Part shown: piece by piece, positions 1 to 26,456 of the stretch
Numbering within the stretch: position 1 is the first letter of the stretch
How the letters are laid out: each line of letters starts with the position of its first letter
Source of the DNA: Azolla caroliniana
Taxonomy: Eukaryota; Plantae; Polypodiophyta
Direction: 5' to 3'
Assembly: GCA_043228905.1 (NCBI GenBank)
Contig: JBHGNT010000007.1
Span: 9,114,001-9,178,000, forward strand
Length of the DNA: 64,000 bases
The notes under the pieces: generated by a model
Told to the model about the DNA's origin: nothing
Databases searched by the model: none
The model's input: only the letters and a program-made list of their open reading frames with translations
Made by a program: the position numbers and the translations under genes

Positions 1-609
1 GTTTACGGTCTCTGTAGATCATTTCGGCCTTTCAAAGATATTAATAAAATATTTGAAAACATGGAGCTATTTCTCTTTGTTCTATTGGGTCTGTACATTA
101 GTGGTAAGCCATATTATTAACACACATGCCAATGCCAAATCTCACTAATTGCACTGTTTCACTGGATAACAGTGCAAAATTTAGGGGCTTGATGCATGAC
201 CTTCAGATCTACTCCAGACAACCTTAACATACTGGCTACCTCTGTTTGGTCTCTCTATTCCTGCATAATTATTATCCATTTCATTTTTTATTCCCATCCA
301 TTTTCTCTCGTTATCAGACATAGTAATTGATCTCATCTGGATGTACTTGTGTTCTTCTCTCAACTTATTTTGGTCCGTCGAAGACATTAGGATATAATTT
401 CTTTTTCTTATGTAGATCTAGGGGTGAGATAGATTGATAAGTGAAGAATATCCTATTTTCCTCCATTTTATTCAACTTTTGTATTTATAATTGTGGGGGG
501 GTTACTTTCTTGCAATTGATAGGTTAAGAATATCAGGTCTTTTAAAGATCACATATTTGCATATGAATGTCCACCAGTCAAAGGTTTCTTTCTTAACAAA
601 AATATCCAG

Positions 610-3407
610 GTTCCAAGCAGAAGCGGAAAGTTCAACTTGTTGAAGCTTCAGTGAGACGTAGAGATATGGATGGTGTCAGGGTCTCTAGTTTTGAATCTAC
701 ACCACGACCACTCTCTGCCGACGACATAAGGAAAGCCAAACAACGGGCCTATTTTCTGAACAGTTCAAAGGCACAAAAACCTTCGCTAAACAATCAGAAG
801 GGCATTATTCCATCAAATCTAGGTGCACCAACAGTCAGTCGTTGTGATCAACAAAATATAGGCTTGGTTTCCAACCAAGAGCAGCTTTTGGAAGGGGTCT
901 CAAGAAATCTGAGCTCTAATTTAACTGCCTCCAGTACTGAAGCCAGCCCTACATCAAGGGAGGATTTAGAAAAAAGTTCACTCACTATGGCATCAGTTGA
1001 TTATGCAGATTTTCCTGGTTCCAGGGTTTCAGATGTAAAATTAGATCAAGATGGTGGGCAAATTTCAGATGTAAAATTAGAACAGGATGGTGGGCAACTT
1101 GCAGACATGAAATTAGAGCAAGATGGTGAGCCGCAAACTGCACAAATAGAGAACATATCAGGATCAGAGGTCAAGGAATTTGAAGAACCAAGTACCAAGG
1201 ACAGCAGTCCATTAACTGCAAAACAACTTCGAGACACAAGTTTCATTGAATCCCCCCTGATTCAGTGGGTTGAACCTCCAAGTATGATTTTCATCTACAT
1301 AGGAAATTCTTCTTCTACAAGAATGAATACTGTTAGAAGTGCCTGTTTACTAAAGTCGTTGCTCTTTATTTACTTTGTAGGAGTTCTTCTTGATCCTCAA
1401 TGGAGAGTTGCAAGTGGGGAACAGAGCAGAGAGACTCATTCTCAATCTTTACGGCTGAACAATGTGGAGGAAGTTTTTTATACATCAATAGAAGGCATAC
1501 CACTCAATCCAGAAGAGCCTGCAGAAAAAATCTGCCTCTTTGTGGATGATGCTTCAGTTCCTGAAATTCTTCTTGAAGCAATAGATGAAGAGAACGTGGA
1601 AAGAGATGGTGCTCTACAGTCTCCTAATAGTGAATCAGGAAAACACGAGGACGATGGTAATAAAGTGGAGGGTACTGTCTATGTTTCAGATGAAGGATTT
1701 GACAGTATTAAACCAATAGAAGTCTTTTCTAAGTGTCAAAGTGAGCTTGAGTTGGCATATTCCTCAAAACTTTCCCATGACATTAAAGAAGAATCATCGC
1801 TACTACAATTATCATCAGGACCTAATAATGGTGGAGTTGAATTCATATCTGATGTTGATGCATTACATGGAAACAGTAATGGGAAACATGTAATAGCATC
1901 TACTCTTTCTCAGAAGTATAATGAGGGTAAAGAGATTAAAGATATGCCCTTTTATCATGCAAACAATATTCAGAATATGGAGCATGGTAGTGTAGGTTTA
2001 GAGCATGACTCGATGCTTCCAAAGGAAGAGGTTTTGGTAGATACATTGGGTACAAGAAGCAACATAATTCTGCCTCAGAGGGAGAATGAAACAGTGAGTA
2101 ACATACGAGCAAATGGTCTTCAACCACCTCAGCCAGTTGATCCTTGTTCCACCACTGGAAAAGACGGGACTGGTTTGAATATTTCTGAACTAAGTCCAGA
2201 AGCATGCGCGGAAATGCTTAAAGTTGTTCTCCCACAACTTGCTGACAATGGCAAAGGATTTGGTGCTGATCTTGGATTACTTTCTGTGTTTTTGAAGAAT
2301 CCAGAGTTGGTCCATACATTGATGTCAAATGGTCCTGGTAGTAATACGGAGTCTTCAAAAGATTTGGCAAAGAAAGATTCAAATATAAGCAGCCAGATGT
2401 CCAACTTGAGCATCGAACTAGCAAAAATTATTGCTGGAGGATTGCCAAATGAAACGTTCAATGCTAAAATTGGTCAGTCTATGCCCATTAACCCTGCTGT
2501 GGCTCAGGTAGGAGAACCAACCTTCAGAAAACCTGGAGAATTAGCATCACCACAACTATTATCACTGCACGAGTCCCAGCCAGTCCACCAATCAGTGAGT
2601 ACCCCTGTTTGAGAGGAACTTCTGCTATTTATATGTTTTGCCTAGCTTATGCTTTACCTTTTGTTGCAGATTCAACCTAAAAATAGCCAGCCATTACCGC
2701 CGGCTAACAAAGATGTTGCTATACACAGAGGACAGGATTGGATTGATGCATATGGGCATGTTGCAAGGTTTGATGAAGGTACTGGATTAAGTAGCTCTTC
2801 AGTAACCTGGGTACCATCAAGGCCAGCCCATGACCGTGTTTATACTGCTGGAGAATACTCCCAAGGGTTTCAAAGTTCTAATCAGTCCATTCATGGGAGA
2901 GCTTCTCACCCAGCAACATCTTCTCCGTCAATTCAAAGAGGGCAGACTTCTATGTTTGTGCATAATGGTCGGGAAATGAATCAATCAGTTCACGCTGTAG
3001 ATAGGCAAGAAATTACCCTGAGTGGCCGGAACCCACAAATTCCTTATGTGGATTTGCCGAATCAATCATATACAAAGCATAGGGATAGTGGCATGGTGGT
3101 TGGAATTTTGCCTGTGCCAGAAGTTTATCATCCCAACCACCGTGTTCAGCCTCCAACATCAATGCATGACATGCATGCTCGGCATGCTGTGAGAGGTTTA
3201 GTGCCACCGCAAGTGATCAGTAACAGTCACCTCAACTATGGGCATAATTACCATGATCAAAAGCTCAGACCACAACATATTTTACCACCACCACCATTAC
3301 CACAAGCAAGGCCTCCACCATCCTTTGCAGCAAACCCCATAAGACCACAGATGATGTGGAGTTCACAATCTCAAATAAATCGTGGTAGACATAACAGGCT
3401 AGGATAG
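610..3407 (+). CDS. LD: LUMINIDEPENDENS-like (PNUTS-like) nuclear protein, 3' exons only: 610-1281, 1381-2594, 2670-3407
   Basis: Motifs recalled from LD proteins: KRKVQLVE, RPLSADDIRKAKQRA, IQWVEPP, WRVASGEQSRE..IPLNPEEP, DLGLLSVFLKNPELV. GT-AG introns 1282-1380 (phase 1) and 2595-2669 (phase 0) keep the frame, with an acceptor CAG at 607-609. The homeodomain exons would lie upstream of the window. Confidence 0.8.
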
Positions 3408-5119
3408 ATATATCAAGTGTTTTCATTGAGTTGAAATTTGGCAGGAGGAGAATGGCCTCAGATGGGTTGCTACATAGAATATAAAAAAGCAGTTTTGCAT
3501 GATGTACTTTGGTATAGCAGTTTTACTTTCTCCAATAGTATAGCATAGGTGTTGGACAGAAAATTGTCCATGTGTATTCATCTGCAGGCTTATGTGGCCT
3601 GCACCAATTTGTAAAGTAAGCTCTTTGTAGAAAGAAGATTAATGGAATGATTATAAGACACTTCTTTGGTAATCTGTCTCGACCTGGTGTATTAGTCGAT
3701 ACTTCGATGAACAACTTTGATTCTGCTTATTCGGTGATGAAATAGTTGAGCCTAATTTGGATTATTAGTGGATCCACATGTGCCAAAGAAGACCCTAAGG
3801 CTTTTTTCCTCAAATTTGTCAATTGCTTTTTTTGCTAGCTTTTACATGACCTTCCAAGCTTGAGTTGTGATAGAAACATGGATTGGTTGAGCTTGGATGA
3901 AGATGATGTAAGGATGGAAGATTTTAGAATATACATAATGAACTTGATACAGTGGCTCTCTAGATATGAAGTTTGCATGTTCTCTTTTTGCTTATTTGAT
4001 TCAAATATAAATTTTTACCAACTTTTCACCCTCTCTTCTATCAGGCATTCTCTTATTTAATTTTTTAATTTCATATTCTTGGTTTGATCATCAACTACAC
4101 TACAATTGCGTAAGTTTTAAACATGTAAGATGTGCTCCTCAGTAAGTTAATAATAAGTTCCTTGACACCCTTGAATGGGTAAAGTCAGATTTGAAATGCA
4201 GAGGTATACGGTTCAAAACATCTTGGAATATTTATGATCAAGTCTCAGCTGCAGAAGAAGTTAACAGGCCCCACAATTCTTGCAGACTTGTAGACAATGA
4301 ATTGTCTATATCTGAAGAAAGGATATGTTACATGTTGATATAAATCTTTCTGTAACATATGGGGCTTATTTGGCAATAGTGACTTCTAACAACTCAAATG
4401 GTGAACTTCCACATCAGATTGAGCAGAAACTTCAACAACTCTTGTAAATCCTGGTTTAGTCCTGTATCTCATTAATGACTGAATAGTTCTTGATGCAGTT
4501 AGTAAAAGGCACAGAACAAAGATAATACGTACATAGATCTATGTAGGTGAATCAAATATGTTATTTGACTGAAAACATTTATGCCAGTTTTTGACTTCTG
4601 ATGTCTGTGGACAAGCCTATGCGAGCTGATCAACACAACACACTGGGGTATGGTTCATGATGACTGAGTGATGTTTTGCATTGAGTACATTATTTTATTC
4701 AATTGGTATAACAGCTTAAACATTCTAGTTGTGATGTGAATTTGTGCAAAGAACGCAAAATACAGGAGTGAGATTACTTTGATCCAAGAGGCATTTGCTG
4801 AAATTATTACTGTTGCTAGCATTAATATCCACCTTTCAAAGGTTTTTTTGCAATGTGAACCATAGGTGGTAGAGTATATAGTGCATTTTAATCTGGCATG
4901 CATTTAGTAATTTGTATAAGAAGCAAAATATAATATATATATATATAGGCTGTCAATATTGGACAATTCTTAATGAGACCACATTGAACAAACTATTAAT
5001 CACTACAAACGTGTAATAACAAATAAAATAACTCTAGAGCCTACACATGTCAAACTCTTGATAGATTTTTACAACACATGTGGCTAACTATTTTTGAGAT
5101 TTACATAATCGACAACAAA

Positions 5120-5490
5120 ATGTAACATAACAAGCAAAATACCTGATTAGCATACAAATAAGGCCTTTGATCATTCGAAATGTAAAGCAACAAATAAAGT
5201 GCCTCAGTAGCATATAAAATCACTTGGATCACTAGAAATGTAAATAACAAATAAAACACCTCAATAGCCTCTAAAATAAAGACTTTGATCACTAGAAATG
5301 TAGAATAGAGCAAAATTTGATTATAGAAATCTAAAACAAATAAAACATCTAAATAGACTAAGACAACAAGTTCTGTCACCAAAAATGTAAAACTTCCCAA
5401 TAGCCTAGAAAATAACGACTTTGATCTCCAAAAATGTGAATAACAAATCAAATACCTCAATAGCTTAGAAAATACCTTATCTTCCAGCAC
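5120..5490. repeat. Degenerate ~58-60 bp minisatellite, about 6 copies
   Basis: Recurrent 'aaatacctcaatagc...aaaataa.gactttgatcactagaaatgt' units between the two convergent genes. Confidence 0.7.
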
Positions 5491-6685
5491 ACAAATGGTA
5501 TTTACAATATTAGATATTCCTTGAAGAGAAAGTGGGATATTTGGAATCGCGAGTGCAAAAAAACAAAGTTAAAAGAGCGAAATGTCATAAATATGCAGCA
5601 AGGCTAGTAAAAATTTGAGTAACAGCAAAAAAAGTAAATATAAATATGACAAATACATGCACGCTATTCTGTGACCATATTATATACCCCATCTCAGATA
5701 GTACGAACAAACAATATGAAACCTTTAACTGATGATTCATTTAATCAATTGTCCAGTTGATTTGAAAAATAATTAGTAAAAGTAGATTGGAAATTGTCCA
5801 TCCAAATGAATACAGTTAATTGGCCATGACTGTTATACAGAAAGTCTCCCTCCAAGTCTTCTTCCTCAATGATGTAAACAACTGAGGCATTGCAAGTCCG
5901 AGATCATGATTATGAAAATAAAAAAGAGACTTTTAGAATGGCAGTGTATCTTTAAGAAACAAGAGATGGTTCAAATGTCACCCCAAGTATTCCGCTCTCT
6001 GCAAAAACCAAATGGAGGTAATAGAAATATATAACTTAAATAATGACAGAATGCTCCACAAAGTCTAATGAATTAAAAAAACCTCACATGCCCCCTAATA
6101 TGTGAACAGTATGTGGATATGCATTCTAAACATATTCTCATACTTTCCTTTTATTAAATGCACTTTACATCTGATATTTTGATTTAGGATTGATTGTGTC
6201 CTGCTTCTAAAAACTAAAGCATTGATGTCCTCTGCTTCTAAACATATATGAGGCTGCTATATATATCCCACTATCTCAACTAACTACTCAGGATCCGGAT
6301 TTGAAACAAAAACCAAGAAAATTTGTGATTCTTGATACAATATTGATCATATTCTTGATTTGGCTTCAAATTGATTATACATTAACGGAAACATATATTT
6401 CAGTTATTATTTTTTGTCAATCACAAAATCTTTAATCGATCAATCATTGGTTCAGCATCCTGCACAAAATAACATTATTTGTAAAAATTTGAGAGTGATT
6501 AATCATTAACTTCTTTAATACTCATTTTAATAATAAAAGAAAATGGTAAGATTGGAGCAAAACAAAATTGCATTCCATACATTATTGGTACACGGCAGTA
6601 GCTTTGATGACTCACTGAACTTCATTCTGAAGTTGGGCTTTGCTTTTATTTTCACACGCTGTCCAGATTGGGCCCACCATATACT

Positions 6686-19131
<12,446 letters not shown>

Positions 19132-19459
19132 GGTGAGATTTGTTCCAGAAAGAAGAAGAAAAAGAGAGAGGAAGAAAGGCGCTCTCTCCCTCTTTGTTTT
19201 CCAATGGAGGAGGAGGAGGAGAAGGAGGGGGGCAATCTGTATTATTCGGATCAGTCAGTTTAATGGAGCAGGGGAAGAAAACATGGCATTTCCTTCTCCT
19301 TCTCCTTCTCCTATTCCTATTCCTATTCCTTTCTTTTTGTTTGGACTGCGCCTCGCTCACTCACCTCTGCTCTCCCTCTCCCTCTCCCTCTCCCTCTGTT
19401 CTTTTCCTTCTTTTCTTCTGTATTTCTTTCTCATGAACCTACTATACAGTATACTACTA

Positions 19460-19520
19460 CTGTATGTACATACATACATACATTATACATACATACAATT
19501 TACAATACATACATACATAC
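19460..19520. repeat. (TACA)n microsatellite upstream of the ATPase gene
   Basis: Read directly from the sequence. Confidence 0.8.
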
Positions 19521-20599
19521 GCTCTTGTTTGCTGCCAAATCCTAATGAGTCCTGCCCTGGCGAAGGAATCGTGGCCTCTGACGGTACAGGGCGCGTGCGA
19601 TCTGCACCGCCATATCTTTATCTAAAAAAGCGTGTGAGTTCCCGATAGCCCCGACTATGACAACCTCTATCACTAGTAGCCCGACTCTCTGATTGCAGTA
19701 ACCCGACCGACGCAAGACAGGAGCCCGACCAACTCGAGGCTGGAGCCTAACTCAAATCAATAGGCTGATCAAGTCACAACAAGAGCTCGACTCAAAGCCT
19801 GGCATCAAAAGCTTCAAAAAACTTGTAAGTATTTTTTTTTTTAAACTGACATCAAAATCTCTGAGTTTTAAATATATAAAACTTCCACTGTTAACACACA
19901 CAAATCGTCTTCCCAATGTAAAACAAAAAAGAAGAAGAGATTGTTCCAAACACCATTCCATCTTAGATTTCACCAAAGCATTAAAATTTCCACCACCAAT
20001 TATATTTCAACCACCCAAAAATTCAGCCACAAAATCACCAGAGATGTGATTTGAACATACTTAAAACTACAAATTACAAAAATTCCAACCACAAACAATT
20101 TCTAAATCACTAATCAAAGAAAGTTGAAGACGAAAGCCCTTAACCAATGAAAAGCAATTCTCAAAGAACTCCGAACATGCACGGAGTCTGAATTCGCTGC
20201 CAATTTCACACATGACGAGATAGCAATATATGACTCAACAAATGACCAAATGATCAACATATGTGAAGAAATTACACTAGATTCAGATGTTGGAACTGTC
20301 CACATTGGATTTGGGAAAGCCACAAGATCATGGAACATGACAATCGGCAATAAGTTCGCCAGGTATGCCTCAATCTTTTGGGTTTAGGCATTTTGTACAC
20401 CAAATACGATAGGTGTTAGCAGTTTGTGTTACATGTTGATTCTAGCCTAAAAAACATGTTCCAACTTGCATGTCGAAGACTAGATCTGTCAGTGTACATG
20501 GTTGAGCATGATTACGATTGTTGTGCAATGTGGTGGAGATGCCATCGACATGGACGATGAGCCTCTTCAGGTATTGGATTGTCAATCCACTTTGGGTGC

Positions 20600-22224
20600 A
20601 ACTTATCTTCCTCAAATTGGCTTTCGAATGTCGAAATCCGACAACTCCCTCTACGTACGACACAACTCTAGAAGCCTAATTGTCATCATCTTATACGTGG
20701 ATGATCTGGTCATTGGAGGTGAAAGTCTAGTCGACATCAACAAGGTCAAGTCCCTCCTCTCCGGAAAATTCGAGATGACGGACATGAAGGAGCTCCATTA
20801 CTTCCTTGGCATCGAAGTAATTCGGATTCTGACCGGCATTATGATCTCTCAACGGCACTACATCCTCAACTTGTTATATAAGTTCGGGATGACTGAGTGC
20901 AAATCGGTCGCTACACCTCTTGATCGAAACCTCAAACTAGATGTTGACTCCGGCACAGACGAGTGCGAGCCGACCCAATATCGTCAACTGATCGGGAGCC
21001 TCATCTATCTCACGATCACTCAACCAGACCTTAGCTATCCAGTGGGCCTCCTTAGCCAATTCATGCAAACTCTGCGAGATATCCATTTCGATTGAACTAA
21101 GCGAGTGTTACGATACAATAGCGGAACAATGGATTACGACATTCTCTACGCATCGGCCACACCCATTTGACTCGAAGGGTACATGGATGTTGATTGGGCC
21201 GGCTACGAAGCCGATCAACGATCGACCTCCGGATTTGTCTTCTCGCTTGGTAGCGGAGCAATATCTTGGAGTAGCAAGAAGCAGCTGAACGTCGCTATTT
21301 CGAGTACGAAGGCCGAATATAGGGACGCATCCATAGCTGCATGTGAAGCCGTATGGCTCAAGAGGATTTTGAAGGATCTAGGCTTTCCCATCAAAGATCC
21401 GACTCCCATTTACTGCGACAACATGAGCAATATATATCTGGCTCGGAACCCAATGTTCCACGCACGCACAAAGCATATTGAAGTGCACTATCACTTCATT
21501 CGAGAGCGTGTTCAGGCCGGAGATGTCGACCTTCTACACATCAACACAAATCTTCAGACAACCAACATCTTCACCAAGGCCCTAGGAGCTGACAAGTTTC
21601 AGCAATTCATGTCAGACCTTGGATTGACGATCCCTGACTTGCCAAGCTTGAGGAGTACAAGCGAGAACTGGGTACGAGCCGAAGTGGACACCGGAGATCG
21701 TCCGAATTGGATACCAACCGAAGCGAACATCAATCGAAAGGAACCAACCCAAGTTGAGCTTGAGGGGGCGTGTTGAGAATCAAACTCAACATAACACAAT
21801 GTGTGAACACACCTTTTGAGAATCCATGATTACTCAAAGGTCAAGAGTCACACCACTACTCTTTACACATTAACTATGTGTCATAAAATCATGTTCTATG
21901 ACACATAAGTAATGAGTTACATATTCCCCATGACTATGAGTCTTCACATTCCCCAAGAGAGAGAGCGGTTGTTGTAGTTAGTTAATGAAGACAGAGGGTG
22001 ACTATATATAAAGCACCCTCCTCACACTTCATATTAAGTCAGTTGTGACTCCTTGATATGCTACATTTTGTAATTCTTATTCTACTTGTGAAATATACAC
22101 CTTCTTCTTGTGTATTCATTTTTCTATCTATCTTGTGTTCTCTCATCTCTCCTCTAATTCCTCTCACACATACACATAACACACATCTCTTCCGCTACAC
22201 ATGAATCATACTCGATTCTTTACA
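20600..22224 (+). mobile_element. Ty1/Copia family A copy 1: RT-RNaseH fragment, PPT and 3' LTR (21771-22224); 5' truncated
   Basis: LYVDDL, RSTSGFVF, RTKHIEVHYHF; PPT gagggggcg; LTR TGTTG...TTACA; in-frame stops. Confidence 0.92.
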
Positions 22225-22487
22225 GTTTGCTTAAACCAAATCAATTCAAGCTCTTTGCCACATGCATGCTCCATGACGACACTTTGCTTGAGGAGATAGT
22301 CAAAACACTTCCCACTAACAATTTCGCCAACGGAATTTAGGAAGGTCTTATTGATCCGTCTAAATCTAAGACGAAAGAAGACTTTGACCGCTTCAGGTTT
22401 GAGGGGGGATTGCTTTACCGAGACCAACTCTTATATGTTCTGGAGGGCCGATGTCGAACTCAATTTCTCCAAAAGTGTCATGATGAC

Positions 22488-25400
22488 TATTGGGAAATCG
22501 GTCTCGCCGGATGGGATTCGGTGATGAATAAAGAGGACCCGGTGAGAACCGGAAGAGAAGACAGATTTGTAAATATGTCTTGAACAAGCCCATTGAGGCT
22601 ATCTTTGTAAATAGCCCTAAGTTCATATAACTATAAATATGACTTAGGGCAATCACTTTATAGGGGATGAGTGTGTTGTTGTCATATTGTTGTAACTGTT
22701 GAACCTTGTCGTCGACGAGACAACGTGGGTTGTTGATTTCAAAGCGTGGTTCCACCTTACCCCAGACCGGAAATGCTTTTGATCCTACACAACCGGTGAG
22801 CACGATTGTGTCCGGATGGGGAATGAAGGGACATGCAGAATTATCGGCATAGGAGATGTGTTGTTGACAACATCAACCGGATGCAAGTTGCTGCTGGAGG
22901 ATGTCCGACACGTTCCGGAGGTTCGACTGAACCTAATATTAGCCGATCGGCTAGATGATGAAGACTACACATGTAGCATCCGGAACAGAGTCATGAAGTT
23001 TTGCAAAGGGAGCTTAATAGTGGCTCGAGCCCGGAAGGTCAACACACTGTACTTGATGAATGCCCGAATATGCCGGGAAGAAGTGAATGTAGCATCTGAC
23101 ACTGCTGGTGAGTTGTGGCACAAAAGGTTGTGTCACATGAGTGAGAAGGGGATGAAGAGGCTTGCCGAAGACAACCTCATTCCGGTGAAGGACGTGCAAC
23201 TTGAAAAGTGCACCGACTGCCTGGCCGGCAAGCAAAACCGCACCTCCTTTCGGTCAAGACCATCGATGAGACGGAATGCACCACTAGAGCTAGTGCATAC
23301 CGATGTGTGTCAAGTTGACACGAAGTCACGTGCTGGATCACAGTACTTCGTGACGTTCATAGATGACCACAACCGGAAGTTGTGGGTCTCACCGTTGAAG
23401 ACGAAGGATCGAGTGTTATCTGTCTTCAAGGAGCTCCACGCGAGAGTGGAAAGAGAAACCGGCCGGAAGTTGAAAGCGGTTCGAGCAAATAACAGAGGAG
23501 AATATCGGGGGTAGTTCGAGGAGTATTGCTGGTCGAAGGGAATCCAGCTCGAATTCACCATGCCGAAGACGCTGGAACTAAACGGGTTGGCCGAAAGGAT
23601 GAACCAGAACATAATGGAGAGAGTCCGGAGCATGCTCACACATGCCAAGTTACCCAAGACGTTTTGGGCTGAGGCGCTGATGACGGCGACCTATGTGATG
23701 AACAGATCACCCTTAGTACCCTTGGACGGAGACTCACCGCAGAAAGTATGGACCGGTAAGGATGTGTCTTACCGGCATCTGAAGGTGCTCGGGTGTCTCG
23801 CATACGTGCATGTGACGAAGGACAAGAGATCAAAGCTGGATCTGAAGTCCCGACCATGCATATTCCTTGGATATGGTGATGATGAGTTCGGTTACCAGGT
23901 GTGGGATCTGGTCAACATAAAGGTGTTCTAGAGTCGGGACATAGTCTTCGTGGAAGACAAGACCATTGCCGACTGGGAGTCGGAGAAGAAGGTAATGAAC
24001 TCCGGATCATCCATTGAAAACCGGCTTGAGGACAAAAAGGATATACCTGGTTGAAAACCAGATGTTAGCCGGCAACCAAATGATACTCGACGAACCGGCC
24101 GGATTCGGACAAGAAACTGAATTGACCGAAGAAGAAGAAGAAGAAGAAGAAGAAGAAGAAGAAGAAGAAGAAGAAGAAGACACCGGAACTAGACAAGATC
24201 CTGAATCGGATTCAGATGAGGAACTGGCGGAGGAACTGGCTGTCGGAAACCAAGGACGGAGATATACTCTCTGGGAGAGAAGAGCCCCCCGAAGATTTCT
24301 GGATGCAGAGCAGCTGTTGCTAACCGATGAGGGGGAGCCGTAAAGCTTTGAAGAAGCAAGGGGAGACACCCACAACTGCAAGTGGTTGAGTGCCATGCAA
24401 GATGAGATGGATTCCCTACATGAGAACCACACATATGAATTGGTAGAGTTTCCGAAAGGAAAGAGGGCACTCCAGAACAAGTGGGTGTACAAGCTAAAAC
24501 CGGGAGATGCCGGAAATTCACCAAGGTATAAGGCCCGAATCGTGGTGAAGGGCTTCCAGCAGAAGAAAGGAGTGGACTTTGATGAGATCTTTGCCCCAAT
24601 AGTAAAGATGACATCCATCCAGATGATATTGGGCATTGCGGCAAGTATGGACCTCGAGGTAGAGCAATTGGACGTCAAGACGACATTCCTACATGGAGAC
24701 CTCGAACAAGAGATCTACATGCATCAAACGGAAGGATTTGAGAAGAAAGGGAAAGAGCACCTGGTGTGCTGGCTGAAGAAGAGCTTATACAGACTAAAGC
24801 AAGCTCCCCGGCATGGTACTGGAAGTTTGACTCCTTCATGACCGATCAAGGGTACCACAAGACGCAGGCCGATCACTGTGTGTTTGTGAAGAAATTTGAT
24901 GGAGGAGATTTCATGATATTGCTCCTGTACGTGGACGACATGTTGATTGTCGGACAAGACCAAGTCAAGATACGGATGCTGAAGAAGGCCCTTAATCGGA
25001 CCTTCTCAATGAAAGACTTGGGTCCGACAAGATAGATACTAGGGATGCACATCATTCGAGACTGGTCGAAGAAGCAATTGTGGTTGTCACAGGAAAAGTA
25101 TGTGACAAAGGTGCTTCAACAACTTAACACATCAGAAGCAAAACCAGTTGGATCAACACTCCCGGCAAACTGCAGATTATCTGGTAAGCAAAGCCCGAAG
25201 ACAAAGGCAGAGAAGGCGAATATGATGAAGATTCCATATGCCTTTGCGGTCGGGAGCTTGATGTACGCAATGGTGTGTACTCGACCAAATATTGGATACG
25301 CAGTCGGAGTGGTGAGTTGGTTCATGACCAACCCCGGAAAAGAGCACTGGAATGCGGTAAAATGGATACTCCGGTACTTGAAGGGCACTTCGAGTATGTG

Positions 25401-26138
25401 CCTCCGATTCGGCTCCCTCATGGAAGGCTTTACCGATTCAGATATGTCAGCTGATGTGGAAACCGGCCGATCAACTTCCGAATATGTCATGATCTATGCA
25501 GGGGGAGCCGTTTCGTGGCAGTCGAGGCTGCAGAAGACGGTTGCATTGTCAACCACGGAGGCGGAGTACATGGCAGTTGTGGAAGCCGGCAAGGAAATAT
25601 TATGGATGAAGGACTTCATCGGAGAGCTAGGAACCAACAAGAGGAATACCGGCTCTACTACGAAAGTCAAAGTGCCATCCACCTTGCAAAGAATGCGGCA
25701 TACCATTCCAGAATGAAGCACATCCAACGTAGGTACCACTGGATCCGGGAGCGAGTGGAAGATTGAGAGTTCATGCTGACGAAGATCCACACGGAGGAGA
25801 ACGGGTCGGATATGCTGACCAAGGTGCTGACACCCGACAAGCTAGACACATGCCGGAAGCGGATCGACTTACAAGACATCCCATACCGGAGTGAAGGGGG
25901 AGATTGTTGGGAAATCGGCCTCTTCGGATGGGATCTGGTGATGAATAAAGAGGACCCGGTGAGAACCGGAAGAGAAGACAGATTTGTAAATATGTCTTGA
26001 ACAGGCCCATTGAGGCTATCTTTATAAATAGCCCTAAGTTCATATAACTATAAATATGACTTAGGGCAATCACTTTATAGGGGATGAGTGCGTTGTTGTC
26101 ATATTGTTGTAACTGTTGTACAGAGTGAGAGAGAGAGA

Positions 26139-26188
<50 letters not shown>

Positions 26189-26456
26189 CAGAGTGATACT
26201 CTGTTGTAACCGCCATTGTGCGAAGAAATAGAGCTCGAGGTCGTTGCCTCCGAGTCTCTGATTGTACCCCTTCTCTTCATACTGATAGTTCGGAGTCTGT
26301 GGGCTCCCGTGGTTTTTCCCTACTAGGGTTTTCCACGTAAACATCTTGTGTCATTTTTCCTTGTGTATTCCCCATTTCCTATTTCTGTGTTTGATTCTTG
26401 AGAAGTGATTTACTACTCGGTTGTAGCCGAGCGATATTCCGTTGCATTCCTCTTCA
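22488..26456 (+). mobile_element. Ty1/Copia element B with both outer ends and 5-bp TSD ATGAC; an internal deletion removes half of the 5' LTR, the PBS and gag
   Basis: TSD at 22483-22487 and 26457-26461. Partial 5' LTR 22488-22700 matches 3' LTR 25905-26456. Protease-integrase-RT-RNaseH order (LWHKRLCH, ELVHTDV, YVDDM); PPT gaagggggagat. Confidence 0.95.
24128..24180 (+). repeat. (GAA)n microsatellite encoding poly-Glu in the Copia B integrase-RT linker
   Basis: Read directly from the sequence. Confidence 0.9.

Noticed and set aside
5101-5490. 129-aa hydrophobic membrane protein ORF
   Set aside because: It coincides with an AT-rich minisatellite and has no recognisable domain.
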